A stretch of DNA of 64,000 nucleotides from an uncultured Candidatus Saccharibacteria bacterium (GTDB lineage: Bacteria > Patescibacteriota > Andersenbacteria > UBA10190): assembly GCA_964450915.1 (NCBI GenBank), contig CAYVFG010000002.1, forward strand, positions 5,379 through 69,378, given 5' to 3'. The number at the start of each line of letters is the position of its first letter. Positions within the stretch are counted from its first letter, which is position 1. Below, in pieces: positions 1 through 10,010 of the stretch. The notes below the pieces were generated by a model, which had not been told where the DNA came from, made no database searches, and saw only the letters and a list, made by a program, of their open reading frames with translations. Position numbers and translations under genes: made by a program.

Positions 1-675
1 GCTTGCTCCTCCGAATTGCGGAATAATCCAGAGCATGATTGCATATGCTATTGCGCACGCAATTCCGATTGCCCCCCACCATGCAATTGGCTTCTTGAAT
101 GGAAGAAGTGCCGGCAAGCAGATCAATAATGCAAATAATGCTGTTGGCGCGACGTATTGCCAATCGTTTTGGCGGTTATGAGCAAGGGTGAGTATTGCTC
201 GCCATACAGGAACTCTCTCTACAAGCGCAAGCGACAAATCTTCTTTGCTTTCCCCAAATCTCACGCCTACGGGATTTTTGATTGTTGACTGCCGCGCAGA
301 ATATTCTATTTTAATCGGAGTATCTGCCGGAATCGGCGCATCCGGGAAGTTGATGTATGTAAATCGATCGTCATGAATATCTTGCGGGCGGATTGTCTGA
401 GAAATTAAGACAGTATTTGATAATGTGTTGTATATCGTTACGGTAACGGGTGCAAGCTCTTTTGCATGATAGAGATTTACTAGTATTGTCCCCAATCCGA
501 TGATATTAGATTGAGTGGTTAATTGCTGAGATGCGGTGTGCCCGGTAAATAGCGGTGCATGGGTTACGTATGAATCGATGCCGGATGATACAGCCCGATG
601 CTGAGTAACTGGGATAAAAAAAGATCCGAGTATCAGAATGAGCCCGCCTGCAACAAAGAGAACTTTTTTATTCAT
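1..675 (-). CDS. Membrane protein, partial (runs off window start): N-terminal TM anchor, beta-rich extracytoplasmic domain, then TM helices; probable GT-C glycosyltransferase
   Basis: Manually translated open frame from ATG at 675 (MNKKVLFVAGGLILILGSFFIPV...) with no stop to base 1. Same architecture as 10011..12167 and 18347..20728. Not in the ORF track. Confidence 0.75.
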   Translation of the reverse strand, partial: MNKKVLFVAGGLILILGSFFIPVTQHRAVSSGIDSYVTHAPLFTGHTASQQLTTQSNIIGLGTILVNLYHAKELAPVTVTIYNTLSNTVLISQTIRPQDIHDDRFTYINFPDAPIPADTPIKIEYSARQSTIKNPVGVRFGESKEDLSLALVERVPVWRAILTLAHNRQNDWQYVAPTALFALLICLPALLPFKKPIAWWGAIGIACAIAYAIMLWIIPQFGGAS

Positions 676-711
676 TTCTCGAGTATAGCAGTTTTTGGTA
701 CTGTTTGAAGT
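676..711. promoter_or_regulatory. Back-to-back extended -10 promoters (leaderless type) in a 36-bp divergent spacer
   Basis: Minus: TGC-TATACT 6 nt before ATG675. Plus: TGG-TACTGT 7 nt before ATG712. No SD on either side. Confidence 0.7.
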
Positions 712-2586
712 ATGTGTGGAATAGCTGGAATATGGAATACGAATGGTGCTCGCATTACGGAGGGGGCCGCGATTGGCATGCAGCAGTCGCTGATGCATCG
801 CGGACCGGACTCATCTGGCATCTATGAAGGGGAGGGTGTTGCGTTGGTGCATACTCGACTTTCCATTATTGACCTTACGGATAATGGTGCACAGCCGTTT
901 ATTTCGGAAGATTCCCGATACGTGCTTGTGTTCAACGGAGAAATTTATAACTATCAAGAATTACGTGAGCAATTTTTTCATGATCAGGTCTTTCGTTCAG
1001 AATCTGATACTGAGGTGCTGCTCTATATGCTGGTTCGGTTTGGAACATCTGCATTCCAGTATTTGCGAGGAATGTTTGCAGTTGCATTTTATGACACGCA
1101 GGAGAAAAAGATGATTGTAGCAAGAGACGCTTTTGGTAAAAAACCTCTGTATTACTATCAATCTGGGGATATTTTTGTATTTGCTTCAGAGTCAAAGGCG
1201 ATTCTCGCGTCTGCGTATGTGTCGGCGCAACTGGATACCAGTGTTGTTGCGCCCTATTTTTTACACGAGTACTGCCCATTTCCCAAGTCAGGATTTGAGG
1301 GCATAGTATCGGTAGGTGCGGGCCACTATATGGAAATTACGCAGGCAGGTACGCATAGCTCTGCCTGGTGGAAGCCAGAAATTCTCCCCAAGCATCATGT
1401 GTCGTTCAAAAAAGCATTATCCACTTTTGATGAATTGCTTGGGAATGCAGTGGCAAGAAGAATGGTAGCAGATGTTCCTGTGGGATTATTTTTGAGCGGG
1501 GGGCTCGATTCGAGTACGATCGCCTGGTATATGAGGCGGATAAAAACGAGTGGCGAAATCCACTCATGCTCCGTGGCCTTTGATGATGATACGTTTAATG
1601 AAGAGCACATCGCGTCTCAAGTTGCCCATAATTCTGATCTTACTCATCATCGCATCCTATTTACGAAAGATTCTTTTTTGCAGTCAGTCGATGAACTTAT
1701 CCCACTCCTCGACATCCCCTTCGCAGATTCTTCGCTATTGCCTACGTATGCAGTCAGCAAGCTAGCAAGGCAATACATGAAAGTTGTCCTTGATGGGGAC
1801 GGGAGCGATGAATTGCTTGGGGGCTACGGTACGTTTAATGCGCATGAAGTTGCACATAAGCTTTCTTGGATTCCAAGTGATGCGTGGGGCGCCATCGGGC
1901 AGGGGGTCGATACTGTATTTTCTGTATCGCACTCATATTTCTCCCTCGATTTCAAAATCAAATCATTTTTACGAGGCGTATCGTATCCTCCAATGCGAAA
2001 TCTTCAAGTATGGCTCGGGGCATTTACGGAACATGAGATATCAGAGCTTCTCATTAAGAAGGATGATGCTCGAAATGTGTTTGAGTTTGTAGATTCAATA
2101 CAGTATCCGGCCACGGCTGATAATTTTGAGAAAGCTTCGCTGTATCATATAGCAAGCTACCTTTCTGAAGACATTCTAGTGAAACTGGATAGGGCAACGA
2201 TGGCCGTGGGGCTAGAAGCAAGAACCCCGTTTTTGGACACCGATGTAGCAGAGTTTCTTCTTCGTCTTCCGTCCTCCTATAAGAAGAATAAGAGAATTCT
2301 TCGAGAACTCATGCGAGGCAGATTGCCAGACATTGTCGTCACGAGAAAGAAGCAGGGATTTGGCATTCCGATTTCCTCTTGGTTTGCACATGACTTACTT
2401 CCGTTTGTTGAACGAGTGTTATCGCCAGAGGCTGTCGCGGAAGTTGGATTATTTAACTATCAATATATTCGCATTATTATTGATGAGCATCGCAGTATGA
2501 AGCACGACCACAGGAAAAAAATATGGTCACTCATAGCATTTCAGCTGTGGTACGAATACTGGATATTGGAAAAAAAGAGAGCATGA
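712..2586 (+). CDS. asnB: Asparagine synthase (glutamine-hydrolysing) family amidotransferase, probably glycan-amidating
   Basis: N-terminal MCGIAG (Ntn Cys), HRGPD, FNGEIYN, RDAFGKKPLYY, LSGGLDSS, GDGSDELLGGY, EARTPFLD, RKKQGF. Confidence 0.95.
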   Translation: MCGIAGIWNTNGARITEGAAIGMQQSLMHRGPDSSGIYEGEGVALVHTRLSIIDLTDNGAQPFISEDSRYVLVFNGEIYNYQELREQFFHDQVFRSESDTEVLLYMLVRFGTSAFQYLRGMFAVAFYDTQEKKMIVARDAFGKKPLYYYQSGDIFVFASESKAILASAYVSAQLDTSVVAPYFLHEYCPFPKSGFEGIVSVGAGHYMEITQAGTHSSAWWKPEILPKHHVSFKKALSTFDELLGNAVARRMVADVPVGLFLSGGLDSSTIAWYMRRIKTSGEIHSCSVAFDDDTFNEEHIASQVAHNSDLTHHRILFTKDSFLQSVDELIPLLDIPFADSSLLPTYAVSKLARQYMKVVLDGDGSDELLGGYGTFNAHEVAHKLSWIPSDAWGAIGQGVDTVFSVSHSYFSLDFKIKSFLRGVSYPPMRNLQVWLGAFTEHEISELLIKKDDARNVFEFVDSIQYPATADNFEKASLYHIASYLSEDILVKLDRATMAVGLEARTPFLDTDVAEFLLRLPSSYKKNKRILRELMRGRLPDIVVTRKKQGFGIPISSWFAHDLLPFVERVLSPEAVAEVGLFNYQYIRIIIDEHRSMKHDHRKKIWSLIAFQLWYEYWILEKKRA

Positions 2587-2599
2587 TAGAATGCAGTAT

Positions 2600-4012
2600 A
2601 TGAACCTAGCTCGCGGCATGATTATTGGATTAGCTGTGGTATTTATTGCTTTGCAGGCAGTGTGCCTCACTACAATTCCTGGATTAATGGGCGACGAGGC
2701 TCATGAGGGCGAGAATGTGTTCCATATGCTTGATCAGAAAAAGATGGAAGTGCGGGGGGAGCGGTCATACATTGGTGCGGGAATAGATTATGTTCGAATC
2801 CCGTTTGTTGGTGCGTTCGGATACACGCTGCTTGCATTGCGTAGCGTAACGTTTATTGCGTCGATCCTATTTTTTGTCATGAGCGCGTATTTGCTTGCTA
2901 AATATTTGGGCGCATATCAAAGCTTGATTCCTCTCATTTTTCTAACATTTTCTCCGATATATATTACTCAGCAGCGACTTTCTTGGGCGGTTACACTATT
3001 GCCATTATTCGCCGTTGCTACGATATGGCTTTTGCAGTCAACATGGAGACATAAGTTTTTATTAGCAGGATTTGTTGGCGGGCTCGGCCTCGCGAATCAC
3101 TTGTTGTTTTTGCCCACACTTGTTGCGATTATTATCTGCGCCATTATTTGTGCAATAAGAAAACCTCAAGCAATTCTGTCTGCATGGCCCTTCATCATCG
3201 GATTCATTGCAGGGTTTGCCATGCAATTTACTATTATTCAGCTGTATCCGGACGATCAGGGAAGCCAAAAGATGATTGCGGAAACTTTTTTTGATCGCAT
3301 CCATGCGCTGCCCACCTTATTTCCAGAGCTCGTCTCAGGATCGTCGTACATTGCCTCATATACCGGGCACGAATTAAATCCCATAGTCATGGCTGCTATT
3401 ACTTCTGCGCTTAGTATTCTTGCCATTTTTGCACTTACGATTTCGAAACACAAAAAAATTGCATGGATTATTGCGACTGCATTGATAATTCATACACTTG
3501 TTTTATTGCGGATCATAGACCGATTTAGTTTGCGATACATGACTGTGTTTACGTTTGGATTTTTAGTACTTTCCGGTATCGGTCTAGAGAGTATCGTTGC
3601 ATTTGCTCGCAAACGCAGGCCAATTATTGCTCCCATTATAACGTGGCTTGTATGCTCAGCTCTTGTGTTATGGGCCATATTCGGCATTGCGGTGCCATAT
3701 GCAAAGACAGGCGGGTCAACGAATGTATTCTCTCTTGGCAATAGAACGGATAGCGCCTCGGCATTAGTTGATACGCGTCAATTATTTGCATGTGTGAACA
3801 ATCTCGGGCCCGTAACATCGGAAAATGTTCATATCTATAACAGGCTGGAATTTTGGAGCAGGCAGTATCCTGGCGTGCAGTTTGTTGATGAGGATCATAA
3901 AAAGGAGGCGAGATATGCTGTCGACTATCGCATATCCGGGAATACGAAGGCAGGAATGCCAGGAACAATTTGTCCACAACTCACAAATTTTCGCATAACA
4001 GAGAGAAAATAA
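2600..4012 (+). CDS. GT-C (PMT/ArnT-like) membrane glycosyltransferase
   Basis: Polytopic, with a first-loop GDE acidic motif. Start placed at 2600 because TGA-TAGAAT lies 7 nt upstream (track start 2591). Confidence 0.75.
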   Translation: MNLARGMIIGLAVVFIALQAVCLTTIPGLMGDEAHEGENVFHMLDQKKMEVRGERSYIGAGIDYVRIPFVGAFGYTLLALRSVTFIASILFFVMSAYLLAKYLGAYQSLIPLIFLTFSPIYITQQRLSWAVTLLPLFAVATIWLLQSTWRHKFLLAGFVGGLGLANHLLFLPTLVAIIICAIICAIRKPQAILSAWPFIIGFIAGFAMQFTIIQLYPDDQGSQKMIAETFFDRIHALPTLFPELVSGSSYIASYTGHELNPIVMAAITSALSILAIFALTISKHKKIAWIIATALIIHTLVLLRIIDRFSLRYMTVFTFGFLVLSGIGLESIVAFARKRRPIIAPIITWLVCSALVLWAIFGIAVPYAKTGGSTNVFSLGNRTDSASALVDTRQLFACVNNLGPVTSENVHIYNRLEFWSRQYPGVQFVDEDHKKEARYAVDYRISGNTKAGMPGTICPQLTNFRITERK

Positions 4013-4028
4013 TACTTGTCAAAAACTA

Positions 4029-4058
4029 TTGACACTTTATATGTTGTGTCAGTATGCT
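4029..4058 (+). promoter_or_regulatory. Sigma70-type promoter
   Basis: TTGACA(4029-4034)-18 nt-TATGCT(4053-4058); AAGGA SD 8 nt before GTG4116. Confidence 0.7.
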
Positions 4059-4115
4059 AGCTATCACAGTTAGTTTGAGGGTGGTCCTTTTTAGTCAAAT
4101 TCAAGGAACGAAAAC

Positions 4116-4538
4116 GTGAAAACAATGGCTCGTTCGATTCAAGAATTGCCGCAGCGATTCGAAGCAAGGGCGCTATCCTCGTTGGGGCTGTACTCTGGTG
4201 CGTATCCCGGGTTACAGATCAAAGTGGATCCTGCTCTGCTGAACCTTCTGGAATGCACGCTTACGGATTCATCGATCTGCAAGCTCGGAGTCGCCGATCA
4301 CGACATCGTTCATGCGGACAGTCTGGGAGAGTTCGGTGATTGTGCTCTGGGAACGTGGGAGCATCTTTTTATTCATGGTCCGCTGCATCCTTCTCGCCAA
4401 GGATTCTTTGCTCCCGGATCTTCTGTTTTGGTTCCGAACGTCGGCCTGCATTTTCCAGCCATTCTCGGAAGAGAATTTCTGCTAATCAGGGAAGATGAAA
4501 TATTGCGCATGAAGGCAATCGTCGTTCTCGAAGCGTAG
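4116..4538 (+). CDS. Hypothetical soluble protein with GroES-like C-terminal motif
   Basis: 140-aa ORF with its own promoter, SD and terminator; C-terminus GSSVLV...LGREFLLIREDEIL. Confidence 0.7.
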   Translation: MKTMARSIQELPQRFEARALSSLGLYSGAYPGLQIKVDPALLNLLECTLTDSSICKLGVADHDIVHADSLGEFGDCALGTWEHLFIHGPLHPSRQGFFAPGSSVLVPNVGLHFPAILGREFLLIREDEILRMKAIVVLEA

Positions 4539-4562
4539 GCCCGCTGAAAATGGCGCGTGTTC

Positions 4563-4610
4563 GCCTCTGTAAGTATGGAAAGTTCCAGCTTGCAGAGGCT
4601 TCTTTTTTTT
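4563..4610 (+). terminator. Intrinsic terminator
   Basis: GCCTCTGTAAG...CTTGCAGAGGC stem with an inner TGGAA/TTCCA stem, followed by a T-rich tail (TTC then T8). Confidence 0.8.
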
Positions 4611-4626
4611 ATGGTACACTTTTTGC

Positions 4627-6651
4627 ATGATTTTAGCGTTCTTAAAACGGCATAAAATAGACGCATATTTAGCAGTAGGACTGTTTCTTATTGCTTTTTT
4701 ACCAAGAGTATTGGGCTTGGGGGCGTTTTTGACTGCAGATGAAAAAAACTGGATCGGCAGATCGTATGAATTTGTGCGCGCATTTCATGATTTGCGATTT
4801 AATGACATGTTGCAGACGACTCACCCGGGAGTTACTACGCTATGGGTATCCGGTCTTGCGGTGATGGTTAAGTCGGCGATCTCACATGTCCAATTTGCGG
4901 ATACGAATTTGATTTATTTCGTGAAAATTACGCAATTTTCCATTGCGCTGGTAAACGCTCTCGCAATTCCTGCAATCTTCATTCTGCTATTGTTGGTACT
5001 AAGAAATCGTTTTCTTGCTGTTTTGGCAACGCTCTTTATTGCGCTCGACCCGTTCATTATAGGATATTCCAGAGTGGTTCATGTGGACGTGCTGATGGGG
5101 AGCTTTTTAACGCTTGCCGTACTAGCGAGCATGCTCTACGCCCGTCACCTTACTCGTCCATGGCTTGTTGCAAGCGCAGTGCTTTCCGTGCTGGCGATTC
5201 TCACAAAAATACCCGCTGTATTTATTTTGCCATTCATTATTGTTGCGCTGATTGCATATCATCCGGAAAAGATTATTTCGTGGCAATTTTTGCGTGATAG
5301 GGTTCGAGATGCTGTTACGTGGGTGCTCATGGGTGTTGTTATCACGCTTCTTATATGGCCCGCATTGCTGTGGGTGCCAAATCCTTCTGGAAACGTGCTG
5401 GAACTCAAGCGCGATATTTCTGATGCTGCCGTAACTCCTCATGACTCAAACGAGGATTATAACTTAGACGCAACGCACTATCCGTACGCATTACTCGATC
5501 GATCAAACCCAGTAACGCTCGTATTCGGAATAGTCGGACTCATGGGAGTAATTGTTCTTGTGGCAAAAAAGAAGGTTCCGCGAGAAATGCTGCTCATTGC
5601 AATATATTTGATCGGATTCGTTCTTATGATGACGCTTGGCGCGAAGAAAGGGGATAGATATATTATTGCCGCATTTTTTGCTCTCGACATATTGGCTGCG
5701 TATGGAGTTGTGTGGGTTGCATCGCTTGTGCCCACGCTCATAAAGCGCTTCAGGGGGAATGATAGAGTGTTTGCATTGCTTACAGTTGGGTATTTGTGCT
5801 TTATTGTACTGTCGTATCATCCATACGAAATTGCATATAGTAACCCGTTTTTTAAGGATAATTTGAGTCAGGAGTTAGGATGGGGCGAAGGGTTGGATCA
5901 GGTTGCTGCCTGGCTGAATACGAATCATCCTGACGCAGTTGTGGCTTCATGGTACCCGGAGGAGCTCGGAACGTTTACATCCGCTACGGTATTGCATATT
6001 AATGCGCACACGCAAAATCCGGTGAACTATATCGTCCTCTATCAGAATATGTTTGGCAGGTCCCCGGATTATTATTCAAATGATTTCATTGACGAATATT
6101 ACAAGAAGCAAATCCCTGTGTACGTTGCGAAAGTTGCGGGCAAAGAATATGCGTGGGTGTATGCAAAGCCAAGCTACACCAGCTCTGTTGGGGATTTGAA
6201 TGCGCAAACTGTTGCGATTCAGGAAATCGAAGTTACTCATAACGATATTGCTGGATTTCAGTTTTTGCCAGCGACGCATTTTGGAAAATCCGATACCGGG
6301 TCGTTTGCTATCAGTGTTTCTAAAACTTTAAACGGTCCTGTGCTATTTGCAACGAACATTTCAGTTACGGACGTAAAAGATACTCAATGGCAGCAGGTCT
6401 TGTTTCCTGATTCTCTCAAGATTGCAAAAGGCGATCATTTGTTTGTGAGCGTTCGAGGGGCTGGGACGACAGATCCGTATCCATCTGTGAGATATTCTCA
6501 AGCAGATATTCGAACTACGCCAATATATATCTCTCGAACTGGTAGTTCGCTTGAGGCGAAGCAAAAAACAGGAACAATGGCCATTCAATTGCTCTATCGC
6601 GATATTCAGGACAAGATTTCTACGGAACTAGAGGAAAAATTGCTGAAATAA
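4627..6651 (+). CDS. GT-C (PMT_2/ArnT-like) glycosyltransferase with C-terminal beta-rich domain
   Basis: TADE..W, HPGVTT, SR..H.D and GWGEGL motifs; many TM segments; TGG-TACACT 6 nt before the ATG. Confidence 0.85.
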   Translation: MILAFLKRHKIDAYLAVGLFLIAFLPRVLGLGAFLTADEKNWIGRSYEFVRAFHDLRFNDMLQTTHPGVTTLWVSGLAVMVKSAISHVQFADTNLIYFVKITQFSIALVNALAIPAIFILLLLVLRNRFLAVLATLFIALDPFIIGYSRVVHVDVLMGSFLTLAVLASMLYARHLTRPWLVASAVLSVLAILTKIPAVFILPFIIVALIAYHPEKIISWQFLRDRVRDAVTWVLMGVVITLLIWPALLWVPNPSGNVLELKRDISDAAVTPHDSNEDYNLDATHYPYALLDRSNPVTLVFGIVGLMGVIVLVAKKKVPREMLLIAIYLIGFVLMMTLGAKKGDRYIIAAFFALDILAAYGVVWVASLVPTLIKRFRGNDRVFALLTVGYLCFIVLSYHPYEIAYSNPFFKDNLSQELGWGEGLDQVAAWLNTNHPDAVVASWYPEELGTFTSATVLHINAHTQNPVNYIVLYQNMFGRSPDYYSNDFIDEYYKKQIPVYVAKVAGKEYAWVYAKPSYTSSVGDLNAQTVAIQEIEVTHNDIAGFQFLPATHFGKSDTGSFAISVSKTLNGPVLFATNISVTDVKDTQWQQVLFPDSLKIAKGDHLFVSVRGAGTTDPYPSVRYSQADIRTTPIYISRTGSSLEAKQKTGTMAIQLLYRDIQDKISTELEEKLLK

Positions 6652-6684
6652 AAAGAGCCATACAGGAATAAACGTTGTATGACT
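6647..6684 (-). terminator. Intrinsic terminator for the ACP gene
   Basis: Minus strand AGTCATACA-loop-TGTATGGCT followed by CTTTTTATT. Confidence 0.65.
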
Positions 6685-6702
6685 GATGTTGTGGGGCTGG
6701 GC

Positions 6703-7146
6703 TTATGTTGGGTCAACCCACTGAACTTCCAACTTCTTTGCGATCACCACGCAGAAGAGGCGGACTGTAATCAAGTCCCCGATGGTTGATATCTTAGGCT
6801 GCACGTAGTTCCAATTTGTAATAGTTGGGAACTTTTGTTGAGCCGCCTCCAGGATTTCGGGGGTTAATTCACCGGAAAGCTGCATGTCTTTGAAGCGACT
6901 GAGCGTGTGAGGATGGAAATCGGAGGAAGAGAGCTTGATGCTAAAGGTTCGTTCGAGACGGAATGCAATATCCAGGATATCGATGGATTCTCCACCGAGG
7001 TCATCCATAAACAACATATCCAAAGGCTTTTTTGTGGACTGGGCGAAGTCGTCATCGTCCAGGCCCAGGGCCTCCATGAGCACACCCTTTATAGCCAGAA
7101 AGATTGTTTCTGGCGTCCAAGTAGTCTGTTTTGATAGTGCCGGCAT
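6703..7146 (-). CDS. Acyl carrier protein, long form with an insertion of about 40-50 aa
   Basis: EALGLDDDD...DDLGGESIDILDIAFRLERTFSIK (phosphopantetheine Ser in ESID); C-terminal LITV...IAKKL. Confidence 0.85.
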   Translation of the reverse strand: MPALSKQTTWTPETIFLAIKGVLMEALGLDDDDFAQSTKKPLDMLFMDDLGGESIDILDIAFRLERTFSIKLSSSDFHPHTLSRFKDMQLSGELTPEILEAAQQKFPTITNWNYVQPKISTIGDLITVRLFCVVIAKKLEVQWVDPT

Positions 7147-7225
7147 GACTATGACTCTCTTTCGTACCGTGGTGAAACGAACTGCGAAACCGTATACATT
7201 TTTTACTACATAAATACTCTATTTG

Positions 7226-10006
7226 TCAATATTTCTTTTTGTATGGGAATGGTATTGCGTATATGACCACGCATGCGATGATTCCTAGCACTGTGAGGAT
7301 TTCTGCAGTATGCACGGCGGGGGAGATGTATCTGAATGACACGATATGCGATCCTGCTGGTACTTGGGCTGCTTTAAACATGGTATCTGCTTTCATCTGA
7401 GGCGCTATCTTGCCGTCGATGTATGTTTGCCATTGGGGAAGCGTGCTATCCGTTACCACGAGGTATGCTGTTTTGTTTGTTGTTACTTGGACATCTACCC
7501 GTGTTTCTGTGTATGAGGTAATAGTTGCGGCAGCCTGCATTGTAATGTCCGGTTGATTATCGGTAAGATCGGGTGGTGTTGGAGCTGAAATATATACTAG
7601 TGACTTCGGATCAAAATCTTTGCTTCTCATTTGTGCTCGAATTTCATCATCCGCAGCAACGAGCGTTGCATGAGGCACCATAAATGCCTTTGGATATGCA
7701 TCTTTATTCTCGTATAATCGAACGTTACTGTCCCCAGTATCTGCAACATCAATAACTTTGTAGCCAGCATCAATCATAGGATCGTTTGTTTGTCCGTAAT
7801 CAAGTGATTGAGTGAAATGCGTAATACCAACGAGATTTACCAATGATCGATTCCGAGTGAGTGCGTGAACACCATCTCCATCGAACGCATCTGAATCATT
7901 TGCAAAGAATGAATCTACGAATTCTCGATAAGGGCGAATAGATAATGCCCCGATCCAGCGGGCGCTGGATGCACCTGCTACTGCTTGCATGTTGCGTACC
8001 AGCAAAGAGCTGTCTAAATCATGGGTAAGCGGATATTGCGCAGTATACTGAACGCTGAGAGGTTTTTTCGATACTGCTAGCTGTTTCGGAGTAGGGTTTT
8101 CAACTCTCATGAAGTAGGAGTCGGATTCATCGTTAATACTTGGGCTCATGAATAATTTCATGTTTGTATGTTCGGTGCTTGAAAATACAAGCATAAGATC
8201 TTTCTTGTTGCTTTCTGGTATTTGGGGGAAGCAGATTGTCTGATTTACTTTCTTAAATGCGTCTGCTGATGAAATGCTGGTGCGATACCATATCGTACCA
8301 GTTCGGCCGGATTGTACGGTAAGGTTTAGGTGAGAATTAGTATCGGAATCTGCCTGGATAGGTATAAGGAGACAGGATAAGTTTGACTGAAGAATGGTAA
8401 GTGGCTGATACACTGAAAATTTTGGAGATATATAATCAGAAAGCGTAATTTTTACATGAGGGTTGCCTGTGACGGGAAGATGTTCTGCTGCATACAGACG
8501 AGCAGGAAGTCCGGTATCGTGTTTGAATTCTTGGAGATCCTGAGCGAATGTAGATACTGCAAGCGCTTCGTGAGTTGCAACCCGAGGATTGTAATTCCAT
8601 CCGTATCCGATAAGGGTAATTGCTACTATCACTGGGATAGTCCAATAGAAAGTGCGGAATAATGAAACAATAACTGCAATAACCCCTACCGCTATCAGGA
8701 TAATAAAGCCGTGATTCCAGGAAAGACGTTCTGTCAGTATAGCCACAGCGTCTGTATTCTTCGTTGCGTATATCCAAAAGGGAAGAACGATAAGAAGAAA
8801 CGGCACCAGTATTGCGGAGAATGTTTTTGCTATTTTGGATGCTAGAGATGTTGATGCGTGTTCAATAATATCTTGCAACCCCGCAACAGCAAGTAACACC
8901 ATTCCAACGTCGAAAAAGAATACGAATCGTCCAACTACTCCTATGGTCTGAATGTAATGATTATTTACTAAAAATTGATACACAATCGAATATCGCCCAA
9001 GCATCAGGGTGATGCCAGTTACTACCAATATCAATCCAGATGTTCGTTCAATGCGCTTTGTGCGCCAATTGATTAGTGCAATACCTGCGAGCATGATCGG
9101 GATAATTCCGGTATATGCTGCTAATTCTTGAAATCCTTTCGGTCCGAAGTAATTATCGTGATCTCCAAATATGTAGGGGAAAATAAGAGTAATCGAGTCA
9201 TATGGGGGATAGCTGAATTCAAACAGCTCAGTGTAGGGCAAACCTGCTGCACGTTCTGTTTCCGGAACGAATTCTTGCAACGGCAGGATTGCTAAAGCGG
9301 AAAGGCAAACTCCCAAAATTCCCGCGAATATAGTGAGAGCGATTTTTTTACCAGCACCCTTTACGTTCTGTTTGATAGTTGGAATAAATGTGGTGAGCCC
9401 TAAAACCCCTGCTATGAAAAAGACGTACGCCACAACTTGCGGCTGCCCGCTCATTGCAATTGCTGCCGCGACGATTGCAAGAGTTGCTGAGTTTTTAACC
9501 GAGGGCTTTTTCAGTAACACATCTATTGTAATAAGCAACAATGGCAGAAGCATTGTGCTTGTATAGAAATTGACGTGATTCAAATGTCCGATAGAAAATC
9601 CGCAGTAGGCAAAGAGAACAGCACCTAGACTTGCAGCGGCGGGGTGGAATAGTCGCCTTCGCAAATAGGCGTACATGCACACACTGCCTATTAGGAAATA
9701 CAGAACAATAGACGCCTGAAGTAGGATGACAGGGGGTACATATAAAGCGCGCAAGATAAGGTGGATAGGGGTAAAGAAGCCCAGTTGACCCCATGCTAAC
9801 AGAGGCTGGCCGAATCCGAACTCGTTGCTCCACAGCGGCAGCTGCCAGTGATGTTGAAACTGCGCATAGACTGTTTCAATGGGGTAATAGATGATTTTAA
9901 GATCATCTAAAAAATACATTTGCTGGCCGGAAATAATTGGGCTGAAAAATACGAGCCAGCTTACAAGGACGAGTCCGATTCCAATAAATTGAGGCTTGAT
10001 ATTCAT
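7226..10006 (-). CDS. YfhO-like GT-C membrane glycosyltransferase with an inserted extracytoplasmic domain
   Basis: PLWSNEFGFGQP, HLNH, GQPQ, AYTGIIP; C-terminal PQWQTYIDGK...VPAGSHIVSFRY then a TM. ATG at 10006 preferred over GTG at 10021. Confidence 0.85.
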   Translation of the reverse strand: MNIKPQFIGIGLVLVSWLVFFSPIISGQQMYFLDDLKIIYYPIETVYAQFQHHWQLPLWSNEFGFGQPLLAWGQLGFFTPIHLILRALYVPPVILLQASIVLYFLIGSVCMYAYLRRRLFHPAAASLGAVLFAYCGFSIGHLNHVNFYTSTMLLPLLLITIDVLLKKPSVKNSATLAIVAAAIAMSGQPQVVAYVFFIAGVLGLTTFIPTIKQNVKGAGKKIALTIFAGILGVCLSALAILPLQEFVPETERAAGLPYTELFEFSYPPYDSITLIFPYIFGDHDNYFGPKGFQELAAYTGIIPIMLAGIALINWRTKRIERTSGLILVVTGITLMLGRYSIVYQFLVNNHYIQTIGVVGRFVFFFDVGMVLLAVAGLQDIIEHASTSLASKIAKTFSAILVPFLLIVLPFWIYATKNTDAVAILTERLSWNHGFIILIAVGVIAVIVSLFRTFYWTIPVIVAITLIGYGWNYNPRVATHEALAVSTFAQDLQEFKHDTGLPARLYAAEHLPVTGNPHVKITLSDYISPKFSVYQPLTILQSNLSCLLIPIQADSDTNSHLNLTVQSGRTGTIWYRTSISSADAFKKVNQTICFPQIPESNKKDLMLVFSSTEHTNMKLFMSPSINDESDSYFMRVENPTPKQLAVSKKPLSVQYTAQYPLTHDLDSSLLVRNMQAVAGASSARWIGALSIRPYREFVDSFFANDSDAFDGDGVHALTRNRSLVNLVGITHFTQSLDYGQTNDPMIDAGYKVIDVADTGDSNVRLYENKDAYPKAFMVPHATLVAADDEIRAQMRSKDFDPKSLVYISAPTPPDLTDNQPDITMQAAATITSYTETRVDVQVTTNKTAYLVVTDSTLPQWQTYIDGKIAPQMKADTMFKAAQVPAGSHIVSFRYISPAVHTAEILTVLGIIACVVIYAIPFPYKKKY

Positions 10007-10010
10007 ACGT

